From Lingula anatina (lineage: Eukaryota > Animalia > Brachiopoda), in contig CM120647.1 of assembly GCA_051362555.1 (NCBI GenBank), positions 3,472,001 to 3,536,000 on the forward strand: a stretch of DNA of 64,000 nt, in the 5' to 3' direction. Below are positions 63,880-64,000 of the stretch, one piece after another. The translations under genes were made by a program, and so were the position numbers. The notes below the pieces were generated by a model. The model saw nothing but the letters and a program-made list of their open reading frames with translations. It was not told where the DNA came from and searched no databases. Positions within the stretch are counted from its first letter, which is position 1, and each line of letters starts with the position of its first letter.

Positions 63880-64000
63880 GGCCCCGTAACTCGAAAGCAT
63901 CCCGCATTGCGATCGCTATTCGCAATGCGCGAACAGTTTTCACGCACGCTCATGTCAATATACAGAGACGGGCTACTTATTGCCCCAGCCCTTTATAAGG
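63880..64000. mobile_element. Possible left end of a Harbinger-like MITE running off the window
   Basis: CAG|GGCCCCGTAAC start followed by the GCATTGCGA..TCGCAATGC palindrome. The other end is not visible. Confidence 0.3.

Overview
AT-rich eukaryotic genomic DNA, probably from a marine invertebrate (inferred from the repeat landscape only). It is almost entirely repeats and contains no intact, recognisable host protein-coding gene. Main contents: (1) a decayed, intron-containing ZNF862-like/hAT transposase at 2.9-4.0 kb. (2) A deeply nested TE stack at 4.0-12.3 kb: Helentron-like > unknown > CCC-terminated CMC/EnSpm-like > Gypsy LTR > ISL2EU-like > MITE, plus a Harbinger derivative inside gag. 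(3) A ~19-kb two-level tandem array at 12.3-31.2 kb, in which an exon-like ~300-bp cassette recurs 13 times, separated by variable numbers of a ~193-bp palindrome-rich monomer. (4) Chains of minus-strand GT-AG exons with no convincing protein product at 37.9-60 kb. (5) Two complete Helentron/HINE-type elements, one carrying a young 2.6-kb LTR element that encodes only an acidic non-Gag/Pol ORF. (6) Duplicated 46-bp minisatellites, a Penelope-type hammerhead relic, L2/CR1 and L1/Tx1 LINE remnants, tRNA-derived pseudogenes and many MITEs. All family assignments come from motif recognition by eye, without database searches. Coordinates marked ~ are approximate.
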